The translations under genes were made by a program, and so were the position numbers. Of a stretch of DNA of 64,000 bases, positions 9,414 to 19,264 are shown piece by piece. Position 1 is the stretch's first letter; every line of letters begins with the position of its first letter. Origin of the DNA: Flavobacteriales bacterium (GTDB taxonomy: Bacteria; Bacteroidota; Bacteroidia; Flavobacteriales_F; PHOS-HE28); the NCBI GenBank assembly GCA_035325445.1, contig DAOKZW010000001.1, positions 2,000-65,999 of the forward strand. The letters run 5' to 3'. A model generated the notes under the pieces. That model was not told the origin of the DNA, did no database searches, and worked only from the letters and a program-made list of their open reading frames with translations.

Positions 9414-11502
9414 TTGCGGGTGGCGTTGTTCGTTACCCTATGTGCAATAGTTTTGACCAATCAGGCCCAAGTGGCCTTGGAATGGCTGACCATTGATGCG
9501 GCTCCCATGAGGCCGACAGGTTATTCGGTGGTCTTTGACCAATGGCTGGACCAGCCCGGTTTTCCGGCAAGGTTCAGCGTGGATGCCGCATCAGTCCAGC
9601 CGCAAGCAAGGGACAACAGCGGGACGGATTGGTGGTATGCCCATGTGAACCTTGCAGAGGGCGGCTATATCGCGGTGGGCTATACCAGCTATGTGAATTG
9701 GCGTGCCAATGACGGCTGCCTGTCCCCCCCCGGAACACATTGAAGAACCTTTGGCAATGGACTGGGTACGTACCGAACGACAGGAACGACTGAATGGATC
9801 GGCCCTGCAGGCCATGGCCCGCTACAACGAATCCGGGAACCGTCTGTGGTACAAGTCTTTCGCATACGGTATCCTCTTTGACGTCATCCAGGATCATCAA
9901 GGGAATATCGTGGCAACCGGCTTCAACAAGGACCTCAAGGCCGCTGCCCACATGCCAGTGCACGACATCCACTTCAATCCCACAACGGCAAACCCCGCCG
10001 AGAGCCTTGCCAGCCAGCAATGCGAGCCGGGCCGGAAAAGGCAGATGAGCGTGATGAAGTTCAATGTGGACGGCGATATCCTGTGGAACCACTTGTACAG
10101 TGCGCACGACGTGGTCACGACCGCCCTGACGATGGACCGCACCGCCAACGGCATGCTCTTCAATGGTGCGGCCAGCTACGTGGAGGTGCAGGGCAACAAG
10201 ATCCGCCGCCACAAGTACGGCCTGCACCTCAGCGCCAATGCCATCATCGGAGGCCAGGACCGCACGGGCAACCTGTGGTACAGCGCACCGGCCACAGGAG
10301 GCTTGGGGGCGTGGAATGAGCATCCGCAGGCATCCAGCAACCCCTTCATGTACAATGCGGCCTTGATTGAGGGAGGCAATACCGAACCGCCGTCGTGGGC
10401 ACCAAGCAACTGGTTTCAACCGTCAGGTCTACCGAACTACGAGTGCAGCCCGGTGGGCGGCGACAGCTATTGCGGCCAGTTCCAGATGGCCTTGGTGGAG
10501 GGCGGCCTCACCGAACTGGACGGGCTGGTGGCCCGCGACAGCCTGCGGAACGACCCCTACACCGCCGAGACCCGATGGATGCTGAAGGAGGGTCTGTACC
10601 GGAAGCTGGACGACGACCCTGAACTGCTGACGGGGCGGCCGGACATGACCGTCTTCTATGCCGACATGCAGGGCACGGCCACCGCGGCCTTTAAGCTGAT
10701 CGACGACGGGCGACCCGCCCTCTTTGCCATGGACAGCACCGTGACCGCCCAGTTGCAGGCCAATGCGGACCAGATCGCTGCCCTGATGGACTCCGTGAAG
10801 GTGCGCATGGACCAGCTGCAGGACAGCACCCTGACCCCGGCCCAGACCGCAGCCGTGCTGGCCAGCCTGGGCGGCTTCCGCCAAAGCATGCAAACCCTGG
10901 CCGCCTGGAACAGCACCGCCATGCAGGTGGCCGGGGACAGCAAGGTGCTTACCGCAGAAGGGTTGAAGACCGCCAACGGCAATATCGCCGCCACCGAGCT
11001 GATCGAGACCAACCGCAAAATGGTGGACGAGATCTATCTGAGTACAGTGGGCAAGGAGATCGACACCTTCACGGTGGCGCAGGCCAATGAGCTTTTCGCC
11101 ATAGCCAACCAATGTCCGATGGTGGGCGGCAATGCGGTCTATACGGCACGCTCGCTCTACTGGCTGATCGACGACAGCCAGGAGTATGATGACCAGCTGC
11201 TGTGCCTGCCGCACGGCATCGTGGTGCGGAGCGCGTTGCAGGAGGAGCCCCCCGCAGTAACTGTGGTACCCAACCCGACACGTGACCGAGCGGCCTTGGT
11301 GCTGGACGAACCGCTGGAGGAAGCGGGCCTGCTGGTGCTGTACAACCTGGCGGGCCAAGAGGTGTTGCGCGTGGACCTGCCAGCCGGGGATCTCCGCACC
11401 GAGTTTGCCACCGGCAGCTTGGCCACGGGGGTGTACCAGTACCGGGTGCAGCAGGGCGGCGGTGCCTTACTGGGCCAAGGTAAACTGACCCTTGTGCGCT
11501 AG
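9414..11502 (+). CDS. T9SS (Por) C-terminal-sorting-domain secreted protein, interrupted by a frameshift at a C8 homopolymer (track ORFs 9414..9743 and 9703..11502)
   Basis: The N-terminal ORF carries a signal peptide (MRVALFVTLCAIVLTNQAQ). The C-terminal ORF ends with a type A T9SS CTD (VVPNPTRDRAALVLDE...GVYQYRVQ). The two frames overlap across CCCCCCCC at 9724-9731, and a 7-C tract would fuse them into one ~695-aa protein. Confidence 0.6.
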
Positions 11503-11505
11503 GAG

Positions 11506-13019
11506 ATGTGCCGTTACGCATGGCTTGTTGGGGCTTTGTTGCTTGGGGCGGCCGTACCGCCCCAAGCACCGGCCCAGCAGGGCCTGAACAACCTGTGGAT
11601 GGAGGGATATTATGATGAGGCTCCCCACCCGTTATTGGGAGGGGTCGATATTGAGTTCTCTTCCGGTTCGCCGGTGGTCACCGCGGTGGAAAGGGAGATC
11701 AGTTTCCATCGTACGAACACGAACATCACGGACACGTCCGGGATCCTGTTGTTCAGCACCAACGGGGCGTATCTGGCGAATGCCACCGGGGTGCAGATGC
11801 AGGGAGGGGGGGGCTGAACCCGAGTATGTACACCTCGTGGTATCCGGAGGGGATGCACCTTTCCCAGTCCCACCTGATCCTGTCCAAACCGGGTACCGCC
11901 GGTATTTATTACCTGATCCACAGTACCTTGGACAACCCGGCGAGCCCGCCAGCACCCAACTCGGCCTATTCCCTGTACCTGACCACGGTGGACATGGCGT
12001 TGGACGGGAGCCTGGGCGGGGTGATAAGCAAGAACGAAGTGATCCTGCAGGACACCTTGAACACGGGGAAGATCACGGCGGTGCGGCATGCCAACGGACG
12101 GGATTGGTGGGTGCTGTGCCACAAGTGGGGCACCACGCTCTATTATCGCTTGCTGGTCACCCCCCAGGGAGTGGCGGTGGACGGCACGCAGTCCATCGGG
12201 ATCATGCGCAGTGTAGATGCCGGCCAAGTATGCTTTTCACCACAGGGTGACCGTTTTGCCTATTACTATCCCGGGCCACGCGGCCTGGAGGTCTTCGACT
12301 TCGACCGCTGCACGGGCCTGCTCTCCAACCCGGTGCAGGTGCCTACGGTGAGCACGGGTGCCGCCGCAGGCGTGGCCTTTTCGCCCAACGGGCGCTTCGT
12401 GTACGTGTCCTCCTCTCCGAATGTCTATCAGTTCGATACGGAAGCCCCTGACATTGCGGCCAGCCAGGTGCTGGTCGCCGAGTGGGACGGATTCTACTCG
12501 CCCAGCCCGCCCTTTGCCACCCTATTCGATATCGCGCAGCTGGCCCCGGACGGGAAGATCTATATCGCCACAGGAAATGGCACGCTGCACCTGCATGTGA
12601 TCCACGACCCGGACCAGCCGGGCCTGGCCTGCAACCTGGAGCAACACGGGGTGGAGCTGCCGCGCTACTTCATGAACTCGCTGCCCAACCACCCCAACTA
12701 CCACTTGGGGGCGCTTAGCGGTACGGTGTGCGATAGTTTGGGGTTGTCGGTGGGCCTTACTGACCCTTCGGCTGCGCTCAGGGTGACAGTAAGGCCCAAC
12801 CCTTCCACGGGGGCTTTTACGCTTTCCTATCCGGTGCAAGGCACGGCCGGGCAACTGGATGTGCTGGATGCCGCCGGGCGGGTCGTGCACAGGGCCTACT
12901 TGGCGCCGTGGAGCCAGCTGCACCACCTGGAGCTGCACCAGCCGCCGGGGTTGTACCACTGCCGTTTGCGCTGGAGCAACCGCGTGCTTTCCACTCGGGT
13001 CATGATCGTTGAGCCATGA
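11506..13019 (+). CDS. T9SS C-terminal-sorting-domain secreted protein, interrupted by a frameshift at a G8 homopolymer (track ORFs 11506..11817 and 11826..13019)
   Basis: The N-terminal ORF has a signal peptide (MCRYAWLVGALLLGAAVPPQAPAQQ) and stops right after GGGGGGGG (11806-11813). The next ORF carries a T9SS CTD (VRPNPSTGAFTLSYPV...GLYHCRL). A 9-G tract would join the two frames. Confidence 0.6.
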
Positions 13020-13507
13020 GGACGTTGTTGCCTGTTTTGTTGTTGGCGTTGCTGCCGGTGGCAGTGGTGGCCCAAGGTGTCAGCCCCCAGCCTCAGGGTC
13101 CCAGCGAGGCGCTGGAGACCCTGAGGGAGCTGGGGGCCCCCAACGTCATCGCGAGGAACTGTGCATTCAACAGTTCCGAAGCAATCTTTAATTCGGATGG
13201 ACGAGGTAGTAAGGACACCGTGCCGCAGGCGCAATTAAAGATCGCTTCGCCGGATGCTCGTGCCTCGCATCCTTCTCGCGATGACGTTAGGGGTATCGCT
13301 TCGCGGGATGACGTGAATGCCACCACGCTGGCCGTGCTGCTCGCCAATCGTCCGGAGCGTTTCACCGAAAACGAGTGGCTGCGGATGATGCAGGAACCGG
13401 TGAACCGGGCGCTGTTCCCGCTGAGGGTTACGCCCGGCATGCTGGATACGCTCGATGGCAGGGAGATGGATTTGCGGTTCCGGTATGTGATGGTGGGTGA
13501 ATGGTGA
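13016..13507 (+). CDS. Hypothetical secreted protein
   Basis: 163-aa ORF with a signal peptide (MRTLLPVLLLALLPVAVVAQG). No recognisable domain. It overlaps the upstream stop by 4 nt. Confidence 0.3.
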   Translation: MRTLLPVLLLALLPVAVVAQGVSPQPQGPSEALETLRELGAPNVIARNCAFNSSEAIFNSDGRGSKDTVPQAQLKIASPDARASHPSRDDVRGIASRDDVNATTLAVLLANRPERFTENEWLRMMQEPVNRALFPLRVTPGMLDTLDGREMDLRFRYVMVGEW

Positions 13508-13673
13508 GACGTGATAAGTGAATGGTGCCCTTCGAGAGCCTCTGGACACGAAAGGCACCGTGTCCACCACGTCCACCGAAACCCCATGGAAACCGCTACC
13601 TTGTAGCCCCTACCCCACCAACCCATCACCATGCACCGCGCATACGCTGAACGACCGGTAGGTAGGGTCCTCG

Positions 13674-14459
13674 TCATCCCCGCTTCTCCAGTTGCTCCCG
13701 CAGGTTCCTGATCTCGGCCGTGAGCGCGTCCACCTTGGCTTCCAAGGCATCGTTGTTGTCGGCCACCATGGCGTCCACGAAGATGGAGTTGACCAGCGAG
13801 AGGCCGAAGATGCCGCCGCCCATGAGGATGAGGATGAACCAGCCGCGGGAGAAGAAGCGCGCCACCGTGGGCATCTCGGCGGTGACCTCGTCCGGGATGT
13901 CGAACCAGCCTTCCACGGTAAAGATCTTGAAGGTGGAGTAGAGCGCCTTGGCAGGGTCGCCAAAATGCTCGGGCGAGATGGTGGCGAACAGGCGTTGGCT
14001 GAAGAGCGCGGCGATCAGCAGGGTGATGATGAAGGCGATGAGCACCACGAACGAGGCCTTGGCCGCCCGCACCACGCCGGACACCAGCTCGTCCACATTG
14101 GGAAAGAAGCGCACCGAGCGCAACAGCTTCACCACGCGTGCGGCCCGCAGCACCAGGAAGATGCCGTACGCCTCCATGTCGCCGCCGAGGAAGATGCTGG
14201 CCAAGGACGGCAGTGCCAAGGCCACCAGGATGAAGTCGAACACGTTCCAGCCGTCGCGGATGTAGCCCCGCCACGTGTCCCGCTGGATCTTGAACACGGC
14301 TTCCAGCACGAAGGCGATGGTAATGGCGTTGTCCGCACCGGTGAACCACTGCTTCAGCGCCGGGTCCACCTGCGGGAAGCCCGAGATGAAGATGGCCACG
14401 GCATTGATGATGATCAAGGCGAAGATCACCCGGTCGTTCAGGAGGAGCTTGCGGATCAT
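13674..14459 (-). CDS. Single-domain voltage-gated cation channel (bacterial NaChBac/NavBac-like ion transport protein)
   Basis: 261 aa with six TM segments. It has an S4-like voltage sensor with Arg every third residue (LRAARVVKLLRSVR) and a pore loop FKIFTVEGWF (a TxExW-type selectivity filter), plus a C-terminal coiled coil. Confidence 0.75.
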   Translation of the reverse strand: MIRKLLLNDRVIFALIIINAVAIFISGFPQVDPALKQWFTGADNAITIAFVLEAVFKIQRDTWRGYIRDGWNVFDFILVALALPSLASIFLGGDMEAYGIFLVLRAARVVKLLRSVRFFPNVDELVSGVVRAAKASFVVLIAFIITLLIAALFSQRLFATISPEHFGDPAKALYSTFKIFTVEGWFDIPDEVTAEMPTVARFFSRGWFILILMGGGIFGLSLVNSIFVDAMVADNNDALEAKVDALTAEIRNLREQLEKRG

Positions 14460-14654
14460 GCGGGAAAGTTAGGACGGGGCGTGAAGCCCAAGGTGCGGGA
14501 CCCAAGCCGAAAAATGACACCACCCGGTAGATACACCCGGCGACCCTACGAACTGCGAACTACGCCCTTTTTACTGTCCTATGTCCTATGCACGTTGTCC
14601 GATGCAAGCGCGTAGTCGTAGTTCGCAGGACGGAGGACGGGCCCGGGGTGCCCA

Positions 14655-14690
14655 ACGAAAAAGGGCCATCCGGTTCCGGACGGCCCTTTC
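14655..14690 (-). terminator. Putative intrinsic terminator 3' of tRNA-Gly
   Basis: 12/13-bp GC-rich hairpin AAGGGCCATCCGG-TT-CCGGACGGCCCTT directly after the tRNA 3' end on the minus strand, followed by a short U-stretch (TTTCGTT). Confidence 0.4.
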
Positions 14691-14691
14691 G

Positions 14692-14767
<76 letters not shown>

Positions 14768-14853
14768 TTAGGGGCTGCAAATATAGCGGCGGGAATGATC
14801 GGCACAACAGGTGCGGCCGGGTTTGGTGAATTTTCCTTCCGCGGCCGGTGTCG

Positions 14854-17502
14854 TCACACCTTCTTCAGGCGTTGCTTTCCCGCGCCGGCCATGCGTTTAA
14901 TCTCGCTTAGCTTCATCAGGGCCTCCACCGGGGTGAGGTTGTCGATGTCCACCTCCTCCAGCCGCTCGCGGATGCCTTCCAAGGCGGGATCGTCGAGTTG
15001 GAAGAAGCTGAGCTGGGGCTCGCGCCCGATACCGCCCATATCGGCGTGCACCGCCTTGGGCTGGCCGGCCTCGTCCTCCCCCAGGTTGCCGGCGTGGCTG
15101 GCCTCCAGGTGGCGCAGCACCTTCTCGGCGCGCTCCACCACCGCCTTGGGCATGCCCGCCATGCGGGCCACGTGGATGCCGAAGCTGCGGTCGGTGCCGC
15201 CGGGCACCAGCTTGCGCAGGAACAGCACCTTGCCGTCGGCCTCGCGCACGGCCACATTGGCGTTGCAGATGCGCGGGAAGCTCTCCGCCATGTCGTTCAG
15301 CTCGTGGTAGTGCGTGGCGAAGAGCGTTTTGGGCCGCATGGGGTGCTCATGCAGGAACTCCGCGATGCTCCACGCGATGGAGATGCCGTCGTACGTGCTG
15401 GTGCCCCGCCCGATCTCGTCCATCAGCAGCAGGCTGCGCGCGCTGAGGTTGTTGAGGATGCTGGCGGTCTCGTTCATCTCCACCATGAAGGTGCTCTCGC
15501 CCGTGGTGAGGTTGTCGCTGGCGCCCACGCGCGTGAACACGCGGTCCACGATACCGATGTCGGCCTCGCGGGCCGGCACGAAGCTGCCCGTCTGCGCCAT
15601 CAGCACGATGAGCGCCGTTTGCCGCAGCAGCGCCGACTTGCCGCTCATGTTCGGCCCGGTGATCACCAGCAGCTGCACCTGTTCCGGGTCCAGCGTAAGG
15701 TCGTTGGCCACGTAAACCTCGCCCGGCGGCAGCTGCTGCTCGATCACCGGGTGGCGCCCATCGCGGATGCGCAACGCCGCCCCCTCGTTGACCCCGGGCC
15801 GCGCATAGCCCCAGGCCACCGCGTTCAGCGCGAAGCCACGCAGCACGTCCAACCGCGCCACCTCGGCCGCAACGGCCTGCAGGGCCGCCATGGCGGAGCA
15901 TACTTCCTGCACCACTTCGTCGTACAGCCGGGCCTCCAGGGCCAGGATGCGCTCCTCGGCGCTGAGGATGCGTTCCTCCAAGGCCTTCAGCTCATCGGTG
16001 ATGTAGCGCTCCGCACCCGTGAGCGTCTGCTTGCGCACCCATTCGGCCGGCACCTTGTCGCGGTGCGTGTGCCGCACCTCCAGGTAGTAGCCGAAGACGT
16101 TGTTGTAACCCACCTTCAGCGAGGTGATGCCCGTGCGTTCCGCCTCCCGCTGCTGCACGCCCAGCAGTAATTCCTTGGCGTGCGTGGTGATGTGGCGCAG
16201 CTCGTCCAGATCGGCGTTGGCGCCCTGGCGGATCACCCCGCCCTTCTGCACGTTCACCGGCGCCTCCGGCTCGATGCCCGCCTCGATGTGCGCCGCCGTG
16301 GCCAGCGGCACCTCCCAGCGGCGCGCCTGCTCACGCCAGATGCCTTCGGGCGCCAGCAGGGCCTCGCGCAGGCGGTCCGCCGCGCGCACCGCGGCAGCCA
16401 GCTGCAGCAGCTCGCGCGGGTTGATGCGCCCCACGGCCGCCTTGGCCGCCAAGCGCTCCAGGTCGCCCACCGTGCGCAGGTCGGCCTCCAGCGCCTCGCG
16501 CAGCGCCTCCTCCTTCACCAGGGCCTCCACCAGGTCGAGCCGATGGCCGATGGCGGAGGGGTCCACCAGCGGGGCCAGCAGCCAGCGCCGCAGCAGGCGT
16601 GCACCCATGGGGGTGGTGCAGCGGTCCATGGCCGCCAGCAGCGTGCGCCCGCCCTCGTTCACCGGGGCCACCAGCTCCAGGTTGCGCACCGTGAAGCGGT
16701 CCAGCCACACCTGTCCGTCGGTGGCCAGCTTGGCGATGCGGCCCACGTGCCCCAGCCGGTCGTGGTGCGTTTCACCCAAGTAATGAAGCACGGCGCCCGC
16801 CGCCCGCTGGGCCAGGCGCAGGCCTTCGATGCCGAAGCCCTTGAGGCTGGTGGTGCCGAACTGCCGCAGCAGGCGTTCCTGCGCGAAATCGTCGGTGAAG
16901 GCCCACCCCTCCATGGCGAAGCCGCGCCAACGCGCCGCCTCCTCCACGATGAAGGGCTGCTTGGCCCCGCGCGGGTGTAGCAGTTCGGCCGGCGCATGGG
17001 CTTCCAGCGCCTTGGCCATGGCCGCGCGGTCGCCCTCGCCGGCCAGGAACTCGCCCGTGGTGACGTCGAGGAAGGCCACGCCGTAGCGGTCGCCCTCGCC
17101 GCACAAGGCCCCCAGCCAGTTGTTGGAGCGGCCGTCCACCACGCCCTCGGCGAAGGTGGCCCCCGGGGTGGCCACCTCGGTGACGCCGCGTTTTACCACG
17201 CCCTTGGCCAGCTTGGGATCCTCCAGCTGGTCGCACACGGCCACCCGGTGGCCCGCCCGCACCAGCTTGGGCAGGTAGTTGTCCAGGGCATGGTGCGGGA
17301 AGCCCGCCAGCTCGATGTCGCTGCTGCCGTTGTTGCGCTTGGTGAGGGTGATGCCCAGCACGCCCGCCGCCGTGACCGCGTCCTGCAGGAAGGTCTCGTA
17401 GAAGTCGCCCACCCGGAACAGCAGCAGCGCGTCGGGATACTGCCCCTTGATGCGCATGTACTGCTTCATCAGCGGGGTTTCGGCGGGGGCGGGCTTGCTC
17501 AT
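14854..17502 (-). CDS. mutS: DNA mismatch repair protein MutS
   Basis: Full-length MutS. It has the N-terminal mismatch-binding block (LMKQYMRIKGQYPDALLLFRVGDFYETF), Walker A GPNMSGKS and Walker B LLLMDEIGRGTSTYDG, and a length of ~882 aa. Confidence 0.95.
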   Translation of the reverse strand: MSKPAPAETPLMKQYMRIKGQYPDALLLFRVGDFYETFLQDAVTAAGVLGITLTKRNNGSSDIELAGFPHHALDNYLPKLVRAGHRVAVCDQLEDPKLAKGVVKRGVTEVATPGATFAEGVVDGRSNNWLGALCGEGDRYGVAFLDVTTGEFLAGEGDRAAMAKALEAHAPAELLHPRGAKQPFIVEEAARWRGFAMEGWAFTDDFAQERLLRQFGTTSLKGFGIEGLRLAQRAAGAVLHYLGETHHDRLGHVGRIAKLATDGQVWLDRFTVRNLELVAPVNEGGRTLLAAMDRCTTPMGARLLRRWLLAPLVDPSAIGHRLDLVEALVKEEALREALEADLRTVGDLERLAAKAAVGRINPRELLQLAAAVRAADRLREALLAPEGIWREQARRWEVPLATAAHIEAGIEPEAPVNVQKGGVIRQGANADLDELRHITTHAKELLLGVQQREAERTGITSLKVGYNNVFGYYLEVRHTHRDKVPAEWVRKQTLTGAERYITDELKALEERILSAEERILALEARLYDEVVQEVCSAMAALQAVAAEVARLDVLRGFALNAVAWGYARPGVNEGAALRIRDGRHPVIEQQLPPGEVYVANDLTLDPEQVQLLVITGPNMSGKSALLRQTALIVLMAQTGSFVPAREADIGIVDRVFTRVGASDNLTTGESTFMVEMNETASILNNLSARSLLLMDEIGRGTSTYDGISIAWSIAEFLHEHPMRPKTLFATHYHELNDMAESFPRICNANVAVREADGKVLFLRKLVPGGTDRSFGIHVARMAGMPKAVVERAEKVLRHLEASHAGNLGEDEAGQPKAVHADMGGIGREPQLSFFQLDDPALEGIRERLEEVDIDNLTPVEALMKLSEIKRMAGAGKQRLKKV

Positions 17503-17602
17503 GCGGCGCAAAGATCGCCCTTCCTTCCGGGGCGAGCCCGAAGGTACCGCTCATTTCCCGTCCTTTGCCGCCCCGTTGCACCCTCTTTTCAACACCCCCG
17601 CC

Positions 17603-18181
17603 ATGCCCCTGCCCGACCGCAAGCTCACCATGGAGGAACTGGGCCGCGTGGACGCCGCCACCTACCGCTCCATGCCCAAGCGCCGCCTTCGCTTCGTGCT
17701 CGACGATGTGCGCAGCCGCCACAACACCGGAAGCATGTTCCGCACCGCCGATGCCTTCGCCATGGAGGGCATCGACCTCTGCGGCTTCACCCCGCTGCCA
17801 CCCCACCGCGAGATCGAGAAGACCGCCTTGGGCGCCACCCTTTCGGTGCCGTGGAAGCACCACCCCGATGCCGCAGGGGCCGTGCGGCTCCTCAAGGAGG
17901 CCGGCTGGCAGGTGTGGGCCGTGGAACAGACCGTGCAGGCCGTGCCCCTCACCACCTGGCGGCCCGATCCCGCCAAGGGCATCGCGCTGGTGATGGGCAA
18001 CGAACTGAACGGCGTGAGCGACGAGGTGGTGGCCCTGTGCGACGGGGCCGTGGTGGTGCCGCAGGGCGGAACCAAGCACTCGCTCAATGTATCCGTATGC
18101 GCCGGCATCGTGGCCGCCTGGGCCGTCCTCGCCGATATTTCCCCCTCCTTCGCGGCAACCCATCCACAACCTCTGCGTTAA
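17603..18181 (+). CDS. SpoU/TrmH family RNA 2'-O-methyltransferase
   Basis: ~190-aa SPOUT-fold protein. It has conserved blocks (RSRHNTGSMFRTADAF, LVMGNELNGVS, VVVPQGGTKHSLNVSVCAGIV). The start is set at MPLPDRKL. Confidence 0.75.
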   Translation: MPLPDRKLTMEELGRVDAATYRSMPKRRLRFVLDDVRSRHNTGSMFRTADAFAMEGIDLCGFTPLPPHREIEKTALGATLSVPWKHHPDAAGAVRLLKEAGWQVWAVEQTVQAVPLTTWRPDPAKGIALVMGNELNGVSDEVVALCDGAVVVPQGGTKHSLNVSVCAGIVAAWAVLADISPSFAATHPQPLR

Positions 18182-18248
18182 AGGAATGTTCCGCAACCCT
18201 GGGCGGAATGCTCCCTTCTTCTATATTTGGCACGCAACCCCGACGCAA

Positions 18249-19205
18249 GTGAGGCACAAATACACGCTCCATCTGTTGGCACTGCTCGTGATGCTGGGCT
18301 CCTCCTTCGGGGCGGAAGCACAGTATTTCCGGGATTCCAACTACTGGAAGACGCACCGCAGCGAAATCGCCGTGGGGATAGGCATTTCCAACTTCCTCGG
18401 CGAACTGGGCGGACGCGACCAGATCGGGTCCCCTTTCATCTGGGACCTCGAATTCAGCCAGACCAAACCGGCCGTCAGCCTGGGCTACCGCTATTACTTG
18501 GCCAAGACCCTGTCCATCAGGGGCGCCGGCACCTACGGCGTGCTGGCCGGGAACGACAACCTCACCAAGGAGGATTTCCGCGAGAACAGGAACCTCAGCT
18601 TCCGCTCCAACGTCATCGAGGCCCAAGTATGCCTGGAGTGGCACCCCTTCCAGGAAATGCCCGGCCACATGTACGACCTGCGCGGCGTAAAGGGCATGGC
18701 CCCCAGCCGCACCGGCCTGTACTTCTTCCTGGGTGTGGGCGGCTTCCACTTCAACCCCAAGACCCAGCTGGACGGGGCCTGGGTGGAACTGAAGCCCTTG
18801 GGGACCGAGGGGCAAGGCCTGCCCAACGGGCCCGATGAGTACAACCTCACGCAGTTCTGCATACCCATGGGCCTGGGCGTGCGCCGTGCGCTGAACAAGA
18901 CCATGACCATCGGCCTGGAGCTGCAGTACACCAAGACCTTCACCGACTACATCGACGATGTGAGCGGCAGCTACTACGACAAGACCCTGCTCGAGGAGGC
19001 CCGCGGACCCGTGGCCGCCTACCTGAGCGACCCCAGCCTCGGCGCCATTCCGGGCCAGACCATCACCGGGGCGCAGCGCGGCTACTCCGAGCACAACGAC
19101 GCCTACCTCTTCCTGAAGGCACAGTTGCATTACAAGCTCTTCAAGTACCGCACGCACAACAAGAAGTACCGCACCCGCCTGCGGAGGCAGAAGATCGTCT
19201 TCTAA
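18249..19205 (+). CDS. Hypothetical outer-membrane beta-barrel protein (likely GTG start)
   Basis: Signal peptide (HKYTLHLLALLVMLGSSFGAEAQ), alternating amphipathic beta-strand pattern, a C-terminal aromatic residue and many Tyr/Gly. There is no ATG in front of the signal peptide, so the start is uncertain. Confidence 0.45.
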   Translation: MRHKYTLHLLALLVMLGSSFGAEAQYFRDSNYWKTHRSEIAVGIGISNFLGELGGRDQIGSPFIWDLEFSQTKPAVSLGYRYYLAKTLSIRGAGTYGVLAGNDNLTKEDFRENRNLSFRSNVIEAQVCLEWHPFQEMPGHMYDLRGVKGMAPSRTGLYFFLGVGGFHFNPKTQLDGAWVELKPLGTEGQGLPNGPDEYNLTQFCIPMGLGVRRALNKTMTIGLELQYTKTFTDYIDDVSGSYYDKTLLEEARGPVAAYLSDPSLGAIPGQTITGAQRGYSEHNDAYLFLKAQLHYKLFKYRTHNKKYRTRLRRQKIVF

Positions 19206-19264
19206 GTGCGATCGGAACGCATTGGACACGGCCCGGGATCTTTCCGGGCCGTGTCATTTCCGGC

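Noticed and set aside
13093-14523. 476-aa minus-strand ORF spanning the hypothetical protein and channel genes
   Set aside because: It overlaps the well-supported ion channel ORF (13674..14459, same strand but a different frame) and the plus-strand secreted-protein ORF. Its Arg/Gly/Pro-rich composition is typical of an off-frame high-GC artefact.
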